48,877 nucleotides of DNA, taken from contig JBOZIK010000001.1 of assembly GCA_051453625.1 (NCBI GenBank), positions 28,035,670-28,084,546 of the forward strand, written 5' to 3'. Made by a program: the position numbers and the translations under genes. Source of the DNA: Welwitschia mirabilis (Eukaryota). Shown here piece by piece: positions 36,095-48,877 of this stretch. The first letter of the stretch is position 1, and every line of letters begins with the position of its first letter. The notes beneath the pieces were generated by a model. The model saw only the letters and a list, made by a program, of their open reading frames with translations, was not told the DNA's origin and searched no databases.

Positions 36095-37754
36095 TCTTTG
36101 TTAAAATTGTGATTAGATTTGAAAGTTAGATGTTCTTTGATTGAAAGCACAAACTTCTTAAAACATCATTTCTTTGCAAGTTGGTAACAAAGGATACTCT
36201 TTAGTTGAATGAGAGTTTTCTTCACATATTTCACAAATTGAAGTTAAATTTTTATTCTTTACTACCTTTACATCAACTATTAATTATGTGTACTTTTTTA
36301 GAGTGGTAGTAAAATCTTTAATTAAGTTGGTTGAATCATTTCTCTCTTCTTCCTTGTCATTTTTAACCTCTTTTAAATTTTTAGGCCAAGTCTTTTCAAC
36401 ACACTTCATGCATATTCTAAGACTAAGTTCAATGATAAGCCTCCACAAAAAAAACTACAAGTTGTTTAGTTCGAAAATTCAATCCCCTGTAGAAATAATC
36501 AACTAAATCTTTTATAAGTAATTCATTAAAATGTTTAGAATGGCTAGCTATGATAAAATTTTCATAAGATATGGCATAATCCTCATAAAATTGTTGTTAA
36601 AAGTTAGTCATTTCCTTTTTTTTTTTTTAATGGAATGTTCACTCAAAAATCATTTGATAAAAACTTCTTACACTTAACTCCATAATTTAAGAATCTTATG
36701 TAGAATGGTTTTAAGCCAAAATTTTGCCCTTCCTCTAAGTGTTACTCAAAAAAATAATCATGTAGGTACAATCATTAATATGTTTTTTTCCATTCCTCGA
36801 GGTAAGCACAAGTTTTTCAATGTCAGTTAAATATTGTAAAGGATCTTCCTCAGGTTCCCTTAAAAAAGTTGGATAGGCACTCAAATTTCTTAACTCTACA
36901 TCAATACTACAGATAAATCAAAGGGATTTTGAATTTCATATTTTTGATTAGCAATTAAATCTCTAAAAATAATATTTGTATTTGAAATAAAAGTTTCTAT
37001 TATGATTGAATTACTAGACAAAGCAACTTACTTTTATTTTTGTGATGATTTCAACATATTTGAAGAATAAATAGCATGATCTACTTTTATGCTACAGTTT
37101 TCATTTGTAAAATCTAATTCTAAAGTAATAAAAGAAAAAAAATTTCTTCTTCAATTTTTGGAATTTGTGTACCTAAGATTTGTGTACATGGATTTTCTCA
37201 TAGTTAAATAATCCCTGTCTAAGGTTTTCTTTAATCATATTTTACTCTCTCTAATATTTTGTCTTTTTACTAGAATTCACTATATCCCTACATGCTCAAA
37301 TAGCAACCAAAAGCAAAATGAAAACCAATAGACTAGTGTCCACCTAGTCATGGGGATGAAATGAAGGATGATGATCATAGTAATAGAAAACCAAACTCAG
37401 ATGATAAAAACTCTTAAAAATAAAAATTAGACTATCATCTCAGTTGTCATAGGGGTAATAAGTAAGATGATAGTATTTTTGTTATTGATATAAAAAAAGA
37501 AAGAAATTTTTTTTTAAAAAATAAAATAAATTTAAAAATTTAAAATTATCATTTCCAGTGTCATTAGAATGATAGAGAGATGACAAGAATTCCAAAAACT
37601 ATAGGAAATAAAAATTACTAAAATAAACCTATTGAATCTATACTAAAGTACATTTCTATTTCAAATGAATAACCTAAATAGAAATTGCAGGTACTTATCT
37701 AGATAGTGACAATTCCTTAGCTTCTTTAGGCCTTACTTAACAATGACACTAAAA
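36095..37754 (-). pseudogene. Second, diverged gag + 5' leader + PBS segment preceding the 5' LTR of B
   Basis: Co-linear with 34373-35994 but with many substitutions. Separated from it by a 100-N gap. Confidence 0.75.
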
Positions 37755-39011
37755 TGTTGCAGTGTGAATTCTACAGTTCCTAAGTCCTTTAGGTAAACTT
37801 GTAAATCATAATACTTTCATAAAAAAACACCTTTATAGACAGGAGTTAACTCAAATGTGATAATTTGATAAAGGAATTAGGCTTAGAGTTAGAGAATTAA
37901 TTTTACAAATAGTATTTCTGGTTTTTAATCTTTTAATAAATGAAAGTAAACAAATGTGAAAATACAAAGCAATGATGAATAAAGATGAAATGTAATAGAT
38001 GAAATGTGAATGAGATAAGTTCTATTTGAATTCTAATTCTCTTGTCATAAGAAATAGATCTCTATAATTTAAATCAATTAAGAAGAGTTTATTACTTATT
38101 TCTAACCAATGTAAACTATGAGATACATGAAATAGAATATGAAATGTAGATATGAGATGGGGATACAATAAAAATGCAAATATAAAATAATAGGATAAAC
38201 TTTAATAAAGGTTATCCTTATGACCTAAATAAATTTTAGAATTATTCCTAACCTATAATCAACTTAAATCAAAGGGATATAAAGAGAATTATAGTAAAAA
38301 GAGTAATTGAATTTGATCATTAAACATTTACATCCATTTAAAACGAACTACTAGCACCTCAATGGAGGATACTTAGCCCAACACTAAGGTAAATTTCTCT
38401 TTGTAGCTATCAGATGGACTTCTTATCCTTCAGTCTTTTATTATAAGAACATCGAGTATAAAAGATGAAAACAGAAGTAAAGAAAAGAAATGGTATTTAT
38501 ATTTTTACATTAAAGTTCTAGAAGCTTAACCCTAAAAGTTGAAGAAGAAACCCTAAAAGCCTAAATGGGTCACATGACTCCATTACAAAGAAAAATATTT
38601 CCATCCATAGAAAAATAGCTATTATCCTAACTATTGTGGGGATGATCATGGGGATATAACTTCATGTTAAAAGGTACTTCATTAGCTTTAGGTCCTATAA
38701 TTAACCCATAGCCTTCATCCATATTAGTAGTTCTATCGTCCTGCCTATTGTAAGGATGAAAGAAGGGGTAAGAGGCTTCTTCATCTTTAATATTAAAGAA
38801 AAATAAGTCTTCTACATAGTACAATCCTTCTTCCAAAGTATGAAGTATTAGAATAAGCCTGATAAGTGTCCAAATATGCTAATAATCATATGTTTCAATG
38901 ATCATCCTATTAGTTCTCCATAATAATCAATATTACATCCAAAACTATATAAAATTCCTTCAAAAGCACTCAAAATACATCATTAAATTCTCATAAATGG
39001 GCATCACAACA
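37755..39011 (-). repeat. 5' LTR of B
   Basis: TGTTGCAGTG...CATCACAACA, 1257 bp, preceded by the PBS remnant cttaacaatgacacta. Confidence 0.88.
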
Positions 39012-39016
39012 ATAAT

Positions 39017-39882
39017 GCAAATATGAAATAGAATAAATAAAATATAATGTAAGATTTAAACTAACCAAATCAACCTTAAAAAAGGTTTTCATTATAATCT
39101 AAATAAGCTATAGAGTTTTCATCAAAATATAATCAACTTAAACCATAAGGGATAGTTATAAAATAGTAGTAAAAAGAGTAATTGAATTAATCATCAACTT
39201 TTACATTCACTTATAATAAAGCAGTAGCACCTCAATGGAGGATACTCAACCTAATACTAAGATAAACTTCTCTCTATAGCTATTGGATGGACCTTTTATC
39301 CTTTAATCTTCCATCAAAAAAATATTTGGTATAATAGATGAAAATGGAAGTGAAGGAAATGAAGGGTATTTATAGTTTTACATTAAAGTTCTAGAATCTC
39401 AATCCTAAGAGTTAAAAAAGAAATCCTAGCAACCCACATGGGCTAATAACTCCATTACAAAGATAATTCTTTTCATTCATACAAAATAATTGTCATCCTA
39501 ACTATCATAAAGATGATAATACAGATATTAATCCACATTAAAAAATGATCCCTCAGCTTTATAACCCATAGTTAACTTCATAGATTTCATCCATGTCAAC
39601 AGTTTTATCATCCTATTTATCATGAAGATGATAGAGGAGATGACAGGCTTCTCCATCTTCTAGCTTAAAGTGAAATCAGTATTTTACATGGTTAATCCTT
39701 CATTCAAAGTATTAAGTATTAAAATAACCCTAAGATGCCTTCAAATATGCTAAGAATTGCATGTTTTAATGGACATTATATCAGTTGTTTATAATTATCA
39801 GAATTACATCCAAACCTATATAAATATCCTGAAAAAGTACTTAAAATAAACCATCAAATTCCTACAAATTGATGTAACAACA
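39017..39882 (-). repeat. 5' LTR of A, right part
   Basis: Begins mid-LTR at the point where 8616-9000 stops and ends ...GTAACAACA. Confidence 0.8.
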
Positions 39883-42800
39883 CCTAGCCTTATCAATAAG
39901 GGTAAGATTGAATTCTTACATGAGAAGGGTCCACCTAATAAGTCTGACACTAAAATATTTCTTGATCATAATGTAAAGTATAACCATATGATCCCTGTAA
40001 AGATTGATGTAGAAGTTGAGAAGATAATGTCTAACTTTATCAAGGTAAAAGATGATAGTAAGAATTTTTTTCTTAGTAGTAGTGTAATTTATCTAGGCCT
40101 TAAACAAATTTTTACTAAGATAAGATATGACTTTAAAATATTTTTCATATTTTTGGCTACGGATCCCACCCATAATAATGTTGTTGGCATCACATATAAG
40201 CTCAAAGTTTTTAGTTCAATCTGGTCCTATTACAATAGGTTTAGAAGATATTTTATTTTTAATTATTTCAAAATCAAGTTGACATGAATCATTCCAATCA
40301 AACGTAGCTTCTTTTTCAAGTAATGAATTAAAGGGATTTATAAATTTTTGCACAGTCGTAAATAAAATAATGATAGAAACCGGTATGACCAAGGAAAGAT
40401 CTAAATTGTTTAATATTAGTTGGAAGGTTAAGGTTTTAAATGATAATAACTTTTAAGGGGTACATCCTAATTCCCTCATTTAAATGTGATTACCTATAAT
40501 AATTCTAATTTTTATAATGAAAAAACATTTCTTCTAATTTAAGTATAGGCCACTTTTTATACATCTGGATAAGAATTGCTCAAACCTTTTTATGATTTGT
40601 TTAAAAGTTTCATCAATGATTAGAAGGTTGTTTATAAATATCTTAATGAATTCCTATATTATTTTAGAAACGATAGCCATCATTGTACATTGAAAAGTTT
40701 TAAAGGAATTACAAAGTTCAAAGGAAATTCTTTTAAAGGTAAAGGTTCCAAAGGAGAAAGTAAATGTTGTCTTTGATTAGTTCTCATTAACTGTGTAAGC
40801 TTGATTATAGCCATTATATCAATAAATAATAGTAATAGGTATATCCTTAGATTCTATTAAGTACTTGATCTAAAAAGGTTATAGGATAATGATACTTCTT
40901 ATTAGCTTTATTAAGTTTTCTAAATTCAATACACATACTCCACTTTCCACTCTTCTTAGGTACTACCATTAAGAGACTAATACACTTACTATTGGATATA
41001 GCATAGATAATCTTGACATCCATAAGTTTAATAATTTAACCTTTAACAACTTTATTTATGGCTAGGTTAAATCTTCATTAGTATTTCATAACTGGTTTAG
41101 CATTATTTTCAAGGTAGATTTTATGTTGAACTAGGGAAGAGGGATGAAAGCTAAGTTTTTGTGGGACCAAGCAAAGGCATTTATCTTAGAAGTTAAACAT
41201 GAGATTGATTTGGATTCCTATTAAGGGATAAGATGTTCACTTATTACCAAGGATTTCTTAGGATTATTGAAAGATGTACTTCAAACCCTTTGGTAATTCT
41301 TTCAATTCTAATTTATAATCTTCATTTACTATTATTAAATTTCCATCATTGACTATCATCTAGATAAAAATTGTGTAAGAATCCTATATCACATAATTTC
41401 TCCATTGATATTACATGTTGGACTTTTTTTCAAGTTTAGAATTCCACTTCTTAATCCTCATGATCAAAGCTATTGAGTTCATAATAGCTAAGTCCTTGTA
41501 CGTTTAAGCAAAGGCATGTGCCTTAGAATTTAAATGTGAAACTAATTTAGATTCTTGTTGAGGGGTAANNNNNNNNNNNNNNNNNNNNNNNNNNNNNNNN
41601 NNNNNNNNNNNNNNNNNNNNNNNNNNNNNNNNNNNNNNNNNNNNNNNNNNNNNNNNNNNNNNNNNNNNNNNNNNNNNNNNNNNNNNNNNNNNNNNNNNNN
41701 NNNNNNNNNNNNNNNNNNNNNNNNNNNNNNNNNNNNNNNNNNNNNNNNNNNNNNNNNNNNNNNNNNNNNNNNNNNNNNNNNNNNNNNNNNNNNNNNNNNN
41801 NNNNNNNNNNNNNNNNNNNNNNNNNNNNNNNNNNNNNNNNNNNNNNNNNNNNNNNNNNNNNNNNNNNNNNNNNNNNNNNNNNNNNNNNNNNNNNNNNNNN
41901 NNNNNNNNNNNNNNNNNNNNNNNNNNNNNNNNNNNNNNNNNNAGAAAGAAATGTGTACTTCAAACCCTTGGGTAATTCTTTTAATTCTAAGTTGTAATCC
42001 TTATTTATTATTATTGAACTTCTATCATTAACTATCATCTAGGTATATCATCCAAATAATAATGCTAGATGACATCCTATATTATATAATTTTTCCATTG
42101 ATATTACATGTTGGAATTATTTCCAATTTAATAATTTTACTTCTTCATCCTCATAATTAAAGCTATTGGGTTCATCAAAGTTAGAAGATTTTAAACTATC
42201 TATTTCAATTAGATCATCGTACAAAGTTATATTACATTAGAAATCTCTCTTTAACTAAGTAATATTATAAAAATAAAGTTGATTTAATTTATTCTTCTAA
42301 GTTTCATGCATCTTTCATATCTTTTTTAGCAGCATTCAAAAATCTAATGATAAATTTTTTATTTCCTATATAACACTCCATTATTCTAGTTCATGTATCT
42401 ATGATGCAGTGGATAATTGCATAAAAAGTTCTTCCTAAGAGTAGTGGGTAATCTTCATTATGCTCTACTTTAATGATAACCACATCTATGGGATAGAAGA
42501 CTTCTTCTATTTAAATGAATAGATATTTAATGATTCCTAAGGATTTCTTGATTGAATTATTAGCTAATTCTAAGATGATTCATGTAGGTTAAGTTCTATT
42601 TTTCAACTCAATTCTTTATCATATGTGAAGAAGCATGATATTTACACTTGTCCCTATATCTATTAAGGCTTTTATAATTCAATTACTTTCTTCCAAAGTA
42701 ACATTAACCATTGCTCCCCTAGGAATTTTGAACCTGAGACATTTTCTCATGACTAAGTTATAGATAGATTATGTAAGGAAGACCTTATTAGGAATGGTAT

Positions 42801-43417
42801 GTTTCTATTTTCTTCTAACTAGATCTTTCCATAACTTATCATTCTTATGATTTTTTTTTGCAAGAATTCAAAAGGATTAGTTAATACTTACATCTTACAT
42901 TAAAGATTTCCAAGTGTTCATCATAGGTACAATTTATGTTTAGCCTATTAAGCCAAGGGATAGCTGGTTTATTTCATTTATTATATTATAAAGAAGGTTT
43001 TGTGGTAGGCATACAATTTAAAATTGAAGGGAGGTTATGTATTTCTAATATTTCCACATCATTATCTTTCTCATATTTCTCATCATTCTTGAAAGTTGAA
43101 ACCTTATGATCAGGTGGTATTATATCATTTTCACTTCTATTCACTACATTCCAATTCTTCTTAAACTTATTTAGATTTGGTAAAGGTTGAGGTGTAAGAT
43201 ACATTATCATTATTGATTAGCCAACATCATTTCTTAAAATACACTAACTAAATTTTCAATGTTCTTACTCTAATTTTTAATGATTGTATTAGTTCTTTCT
43301 CGTGTTTTTTTAACTCCTCTATTGAATCTCTAGGTAAATTACTATAACTTTGTTAAACATTTAAGTACTTATTTAAAAATTAGAGTTACTTGATTGGAAT
43401 TTAAAATCTTGAATTAT
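39883..43417 (-). pseudogene. Element Z: RNase H-RT-PR-partial gag remnant of an Athila-like element, cut by A on the left and G on the right
   Basis: VVPKKSGKWSMCIEFRKL (~40915-40968), LELKELPKGLKYTFLS (ORF 41547-42038), protease ALIDIGTSVNIML (~42632-42670). Confidence 0.8.
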
Positions 43418-44681
43418 TGTCATGCATGTTTGTGTAAATATTATATCCTCAAACAAATCCTATAAATGATAAATGTATATAGATTTTACACAACAAAATG
43501 TACTAATATTAATGGAAGTGATCCAAATGTCATATTCTTATTAAAGGCATGGATGAGAAGAAATAGAATTAGTTTTAAAAATCAAATAATATGTGTCCTT
43601 AAAGTAGAATAAATAATAATGTAGAAATAATAATAAAAATAAACATAGAATGTAAATGAAATGTAGGACTAGACTAAATGCAACTTTCATTCAAATACCA
43701 AATCAACCTGTAATAGAGATTGACCCTGTAAAATCTAGATCAATCAAGAAAAGCCATCTCTAGATCAAGACCAATCTAAGCTATTAGATATTTCAAATAA
43801 AATATGAAAATAATGTAAAGTTAATATAGGAAATAGAATGTAATGCACCTAAAGTAATAATATCAACCTTAACAAAGGCTGATCTTATGATATATATCAT
43901 CAAAAAGTCTATCATGGAGTTAAAAATAATATAAACTATAAGGAAGATATACAAAATAAAGGATATGAAAAGAAAAATAGAGTGTTGATTAAAAGTAATT
44001 TAACATCTGTGTTAAAAAGCAATAGCATCTTAATGAAGGATGCATAGCCCAACACTAAGGAATATGTCTTCCTACAATAACAATGGATGAACCATCAGCC
44101 ATTTGATCTCCTATCATAAGAATTTCTACTCCAAATAAAGATAAAATTAGAGTCAAAGGTACAAGAATTATTTACTCTTAATATAATCTAAAACAGAAAA
44201 TACTAATAGACACATGAATAACACTAAGAAGCATGCAATAGAGTGTGAGATAAATGGACAAAGTTTGGTGAAGTTTGGTGAAGCATTTATCACAAGTGTC
44301 ATCTTGTTAATCATCCAAACATTAGAGGAGATGATGCCATCTCATAAGAATTCCACATTAGCCACTATATTGATTTAGTTGGTATCCTACCTAGCTTAAG
44401 TATATTTGTCATTCATATAGTTGTCTAGATGATGAGGTGGATGATAGGATTTTATGACATATTTTATGTATCACATTGACCTTTTTGATTATAGAACTAT
44501 TGTTTCATATAAGAAGGATTATAAATTGCTTTAAATGCTATCAAATGTAATGAAGATTGTAAATTTCTATGATATTTTCTTTATCTCTCCATTATCATCA
44601 AAACTCAGCATAAATCTATCTAATGTCTTCTAAAACTAGTTATAATATACTATTACATACATATGATTTGCCAATGCAACA
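43418..44681 (-). repeat. 3' LTR of G
   Basis: About 1264 bp. Shares landmarks such as aatagcatcttaatgaaggatgcatagcccaacactaagg with the other LTRs. The left boundary is approximate. Confidence 0.65.
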
Positions 44682-45122
44682 TTACCCTTTACTTAGTCTT
44701 AGTAGTCCCTGACAAAACCAAGCAAACAACCACAATTACAAGCCAAATTATCTAATGATAAATCAATTAAGAAACTATAAATTAAGCTTACAAAAATTTT
44801 TAGGAATCTCACAATATGAAATAGAAATATTAAAAATAGATAACTAAACATTTGACTTGTATAATGCAACTGAGTGTACTGTCATCCTAGTGATTGTTCA
44901 CTAATATGTATAGCAAATAAAGATAGTTATGAATAATACAAACAACCCTCATCATAAAGTATAAAAGAAAAATGATATGTAAAAATATGTAAGATATATA
45001 GTAATAAAAGTATGTACCATAATTATACTCAAAAAATANNNNNNNNNNNNNTATATAAATATAGATCATTAATTTAAATTCACTCCATGGAGGGAAGGAG
45101 ATAATAATATAATAATAAATAG

Positions 45123-46400
45123 TCAATCCCCTTGTCTGGTCATAATAAACTCCTGGTGGGCTATAGGCTTAGGTGTAAGAGGAGAAGAGGAAAGATGCTC
45201 AGGATCTATAGGGAAATATTGATCAAAAGATTTCATAGTAGTCTACATCATCTCATCTATCTCTACTTGCACTGTCTTTGGAAGATCCATCATCACATTG
45301 TACTCTATTTGTATGATGTTCTATCATACATCCACTATCTACTTCTTAATGTATTGTACTTTCCTCTTAACAATCTGGATCCTCTACTTTAATGTAGAAA
45401 TTCCTTGGTCCATAATGCCTATGATGGTCTTAGTGATCTCTGCTAGAAGGGCCTAAATTTGCTCAAGTAAAGTACCAACCGTACATCTCTGAATCTAAGA
45501 TCTCTCCGCTTCTCCTAGTACTTGTATGTCCATGTCTTATACATAATGAGCTAAAGTCTATATATATATATATAAATCACCACTTGTCCACAAGATTTAG
45601 TATACTAAAGTGCCTAAACATGGCTAAGAGGAGGTTAGATTCTGAATTTGTTATGCCTCTACTATAGTCTTACGTCTCCTCTATATGAATATGGGTAAGT
45701 CAATCTACTCATCTTGCCTAAATACTGCTAATATATATAAGTGCACCATCATGGNNNNNNNNNNGGAATAACTATTACGAAAAAATGAGTTGATGTTCTG
45801 AATAATCCATCTATGTAAAATCAAAGAGGTAGGAGCTAATTATGTCACCAAAATGTGTTGCCTATCTAGTCTCAAATCCACTGGTATATCTAATATTGCA
45901 TCGTGTGTATGATGGTGTTTTTTCCTACTAGCTAAATGTATATGAACACTTCTAATACCATCAATACTATTACTATTGTAATATGGTTTTAGATGATGGT
46001 AATATCTGGTCTCGAATCATGGCTATAATCATATCTATTAGTTAACCATGGAAGTTTTGATGATGCTCTATGTATGCTGTCATAAAAATATCTACTCTCA
46101 AATTTATAATATGTTCCTTGAGCATCTAAAATCCAATGGAGCTATAAGTTTATAAGCTATTAGCCTATCTTACACTTAATGTAGCTTATGAAATCATCAA
46201 AGTACCTCTCAACATGAATGATCATGGGCTAGTTAGTTAATGAGTAAATATATTGAGGTGGAGGATGGACTAGCTCTACTCGCTTAATCTCTAGTGGTTC
46301 TAATGGGCCTAACTCTTACTTAACAGTTTGGCCTTAGCCTAAATCAATTTAGCTCTATGTGTGCATGACTTAATCAATCATAAATACATAAGACATCATG
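45123..46400 (-). pseudogene. Extra 3' ORF remnant of G (Athila env-like/ORF2 position)
   Basis: The minus frame reads ...IHVERYFDDFISYIKCKIG**LINL*LHWILDAQGTYYKFESRYFYDSIHR..., resembling the ER..F / W..L...Y....R.FY pattern of Athila extra ORFs. It lies between pol and the PPT and ends near ...TRQGD* at ~45123. Recognised by eye only. Confidence 0.5.
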
Positions 46401-48877
46401 TGAAATCAGGTGAATATAGTTAAAATATCTTGTGTGGATGCTCAAAATAACCCCATAAACTAGTTTAAAATGTGTAAAAACTATGAAAATATGTCTTATT
46501 CCATCCTCTCAAAAGTATCACTACATCCCATGTTACTTAGTCATGCAAAGAAAAATGCAAAATGAGTGAAAAATTTGAAAATATTTTAAATGGGCCACAC
46601 ATAAAGTGAAAAATGAAAGTGCTTAAATAAAAAATCTAATTACTAGAAATTAAAGCGGCATCATACTGATTAATTTTTCCTAAAGGTTCATTATGTTTTG
46701 ACTTATGATTTACAAGAAAATGAGTTTTAAAGTTAAAAACCTAATTCTATCTTGTAAAGCATACAATTCATTATAAATTTTAAAATATGCAACAAAGACT
46801 AGATTTGTAAGTTTCTAATCAAATAGATCAAAAAACTAAATAAAATATTTGGAAACTATGCATTAAAAGATTAAGAAATAGAAGAAAAAATTGAAAAAAA
46901 ATAATGAAGAGAGAAACATATCTTGTTTTTGAGAATTAACTAAAATCTAAAAATAGGATGAATGATCTTAGTAAGAATAAGTTCCTACATGTTGGCATAG
47001 ATCAAGAACACTATTGCCTCATGAGAGAATGGTGGAAATAATAGAGAATGGAAGAAAAATGAAAAAAAAATAGGGCACACTATGGTTTTATCACATTGTC
47101 ATCTAGCTACGTCCTCNNNNNNNNNNNNNNNNNNNNNNNNNNNNNNNNNNNNNNNNNNNNNNNNNNNNNNNNNNNNNNNNNNNNNNNNNNNNNNNNNNNN
47201 NNNNNNNNNNNNNNNNNNNNNNNNNNNNNNNNNNNNNNNNNNNNNNNNNNNNNNNNNNNNNNNNNNNNNNNNNNNNNNNNNNNNNNNNNNNNNNNNNNNN
47301 NNNNNNNNNNNNNNNNNNNNNNNNNNNNNNNNNNNNNNNNNNNNNNNNNNNNNNNNNNNNNNNNNNNNNNNNNNNNNNNNNNNNNNNNNNNNNNNNNNNN
47401 NNNNNNNNNNNNNNNNNNNNNNNNNNNNNNNNNNNNNNNNNNNNNNNNNNNNNNNNNNNNNNNNNNNNNNNNNNNNNNNNNNNNNNNNNNNNNNNNNNNN
47501 NNNNNNNNNNNNNNNNNNNNNNNNNNNNNNNNNNNNNNNNNNNNNNNNNNNNNNNNNNNNNNNNNNNNNNNNNNNNNNNNNNNNNNNNNNNNNNNNNNNN
47601 NNNNNNNNNNNNNNNNNNNNNNNNNNNNNNNNNNNNNNNNNNNNNNNNNNNNNNNNNNNNNNNNNNNNNNNNNNNNNNNNNNNNNNNNNNNNNNNNNNNN
47701 NNNNNNNNNNNNNNNNNNNNNNNNNNNNNNNNNNNNNNNNNNNNNNNNNNNNNNNNNNNNNNNNNNNNNNNNNNAGAAAAAATTCTAGTGTCATCCTAGT
47801 ATTGTTTAAATAACCAAGTAGATGATGAGACTTTAAATAATTTCAAAAAAGTTGAGATCATAGGTAAATAACTTAGGATGCATGTGAGTGTATCTCTCAA
47901 TCAAAAGTAGAAAAATTCATTTTTTTAGCGGGGGGAAAAAGTATTCTGATGATTCCTTATATAATATGACCTGAAATTAGGAATGGTAAAGAGTTATGAT
48001 GAATGAAGATGAGAAGAAAATGCTAAAGGATTGAAAGATAGGAAGATGAAAAATGCACTAACTAGAATGAAAGATATTAAACAAAAATAAAAAATGTGTC
48101 CAAACTGATAAATAAACCTAAAGATATGTAGAATTGTAAAAGAGTTTAAAAAGAATGCTCATAAAATTCATGAAGAGTAAGATATGTTTTTTTAATTAAA
48201 ATGCTAAAAAAAATCAACTATTATTAAAAGAAATAACATGAATGATAAGAAGAAAACTACTAAATGATAAGATCCTAGATAAAGATAAAAAAGTACAAAA
48301 GTGAAATTAAAATAACAAATTAAAGAACTAAAGAAAAAACAAAAATTAACATAAGAAACATGAAGAAGATGGCTCACCTACCCTATCTTTTAACCTAGAA
48401 AACTCCATTTAAAGACATCATAAAGCCACCTAAGTAAAAAGGCATGATAAAATGTATCAATTTCATAAAGTTCCATTTGATAAGGTAGTGATTATGCTAA
48501 TATTAAAGATCAAATGCTTAGAGCAATGGATGATAATAGCATAAGATGCTAAAAAATGAACTCACATGCTCACACCTCAAAACACACTTAAATCCTTCAA
48601 AGTAAAATGATGATGTGGGAATAATAAGAGTCTAAAAAACAAGTAATGCCTTTGTAATACTAGGAACACCATTGATTCCATAGCCTCAAATTTTTATTAC
48701 TACTTTCTATGATGAGGGGAGTGCATCCATAGTTAGAGAAGTAAGGACTTGTAAAGCATGGCCAACTAATTCCCCATTTTTATTTCCACATCTATTAACA
48801 CTGCTAAAGGTTCTTTTTAGAAAAATTTACCTAGGTATAATAGGACATTATCATGATTATGTATTTTAGCATAAATA

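Larger units (their letters stand above)
9001..39011 (-). mobile_element. Athila-like LTR retrotransposon B, inserted in the 5' LTR of A and hosting E and C
   Basis: LTRs 9001-9934 and 37755-39011 share diagnostic segments. TSD GTAAT (8996-9000) / ATAAT (39012-39016). The rejoined flanks read as continuous LTR sequence. Polypurine tract (PPT) at 9935-9950, PBS at ~37734-37751. Confidence 0.75.
1..39882 (-). mobile_element. Athila-like Ty3/gypsy LTR retrotransposon A (3' part outside the window), interrupted by a CACTA element and by element B
   Basis: Decayed pol/gag at 1-337 and 4111-~7900, and a degenerate PBS at 8595-8611. The 5' LTR is split into 8616-9000 and 39017-39882 (about 1.25 kb rejoined, like the intact LTRs). 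Its right end ...ACAACA at 39882 abuts pol sequence of element Z. Confidence 0.75.
43418..48877 (-). mobile_element. Athila-like element G (more distant subfamily): 3' LTR and 3' region, remainder outside the window
   Basis: LTR ~43418-44681 (ends CCAATGCAACA) is distantly similar to the other LTRs. PPT-side sequence ttaccctttacttagtcttagtagtccctgacaaa at 44682. Segment 48640-48870 is homologous to the 3' non-coding block at 17500-17740 and 21940-22168. Confidence 0.7.

Noticed and set aside
1-48877. Species assignment
   Set aside because: The sequence supports only 'land plant nuclear DNA' (Alfin-like gene, Athila/Tekay/CACTA elements). A species call would need a database search.

Overview
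Very AT-rich plant nuclear DNA from a gapped draft assembly, with no intact host gene. Target-site duplications (TSDs) and empty-site comparisons between paralogous copies resolve almost all of it into a nest of decayed, minus-strand Ty3/gypsy retrotransposons. Athila-like element Z (39883-43417) hosts A (<1-39882) and G (43418->48877). A hosts a 3.8-kb non-autonomous CACTA transposon (338-4107), which carries an Alfin-like PHD-finger gene fragment and further exon-like blocks, and hosts element B (9001-39011) inside its 5' LTR. B hosts element C (19249-31312) and a chromovirus-type (Tekay/Del-like) long-LTR element E (10143-16271). The most unusual feature is at the U5 end of E (10143-10560): a tandem array of six tRNA-iMet primer-binding sites (PBS), each joined to a different variant of the LTR terminus (att site) and separated by partly unique spacers. 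Family assignments come from motif recognition by eye, not database searches.
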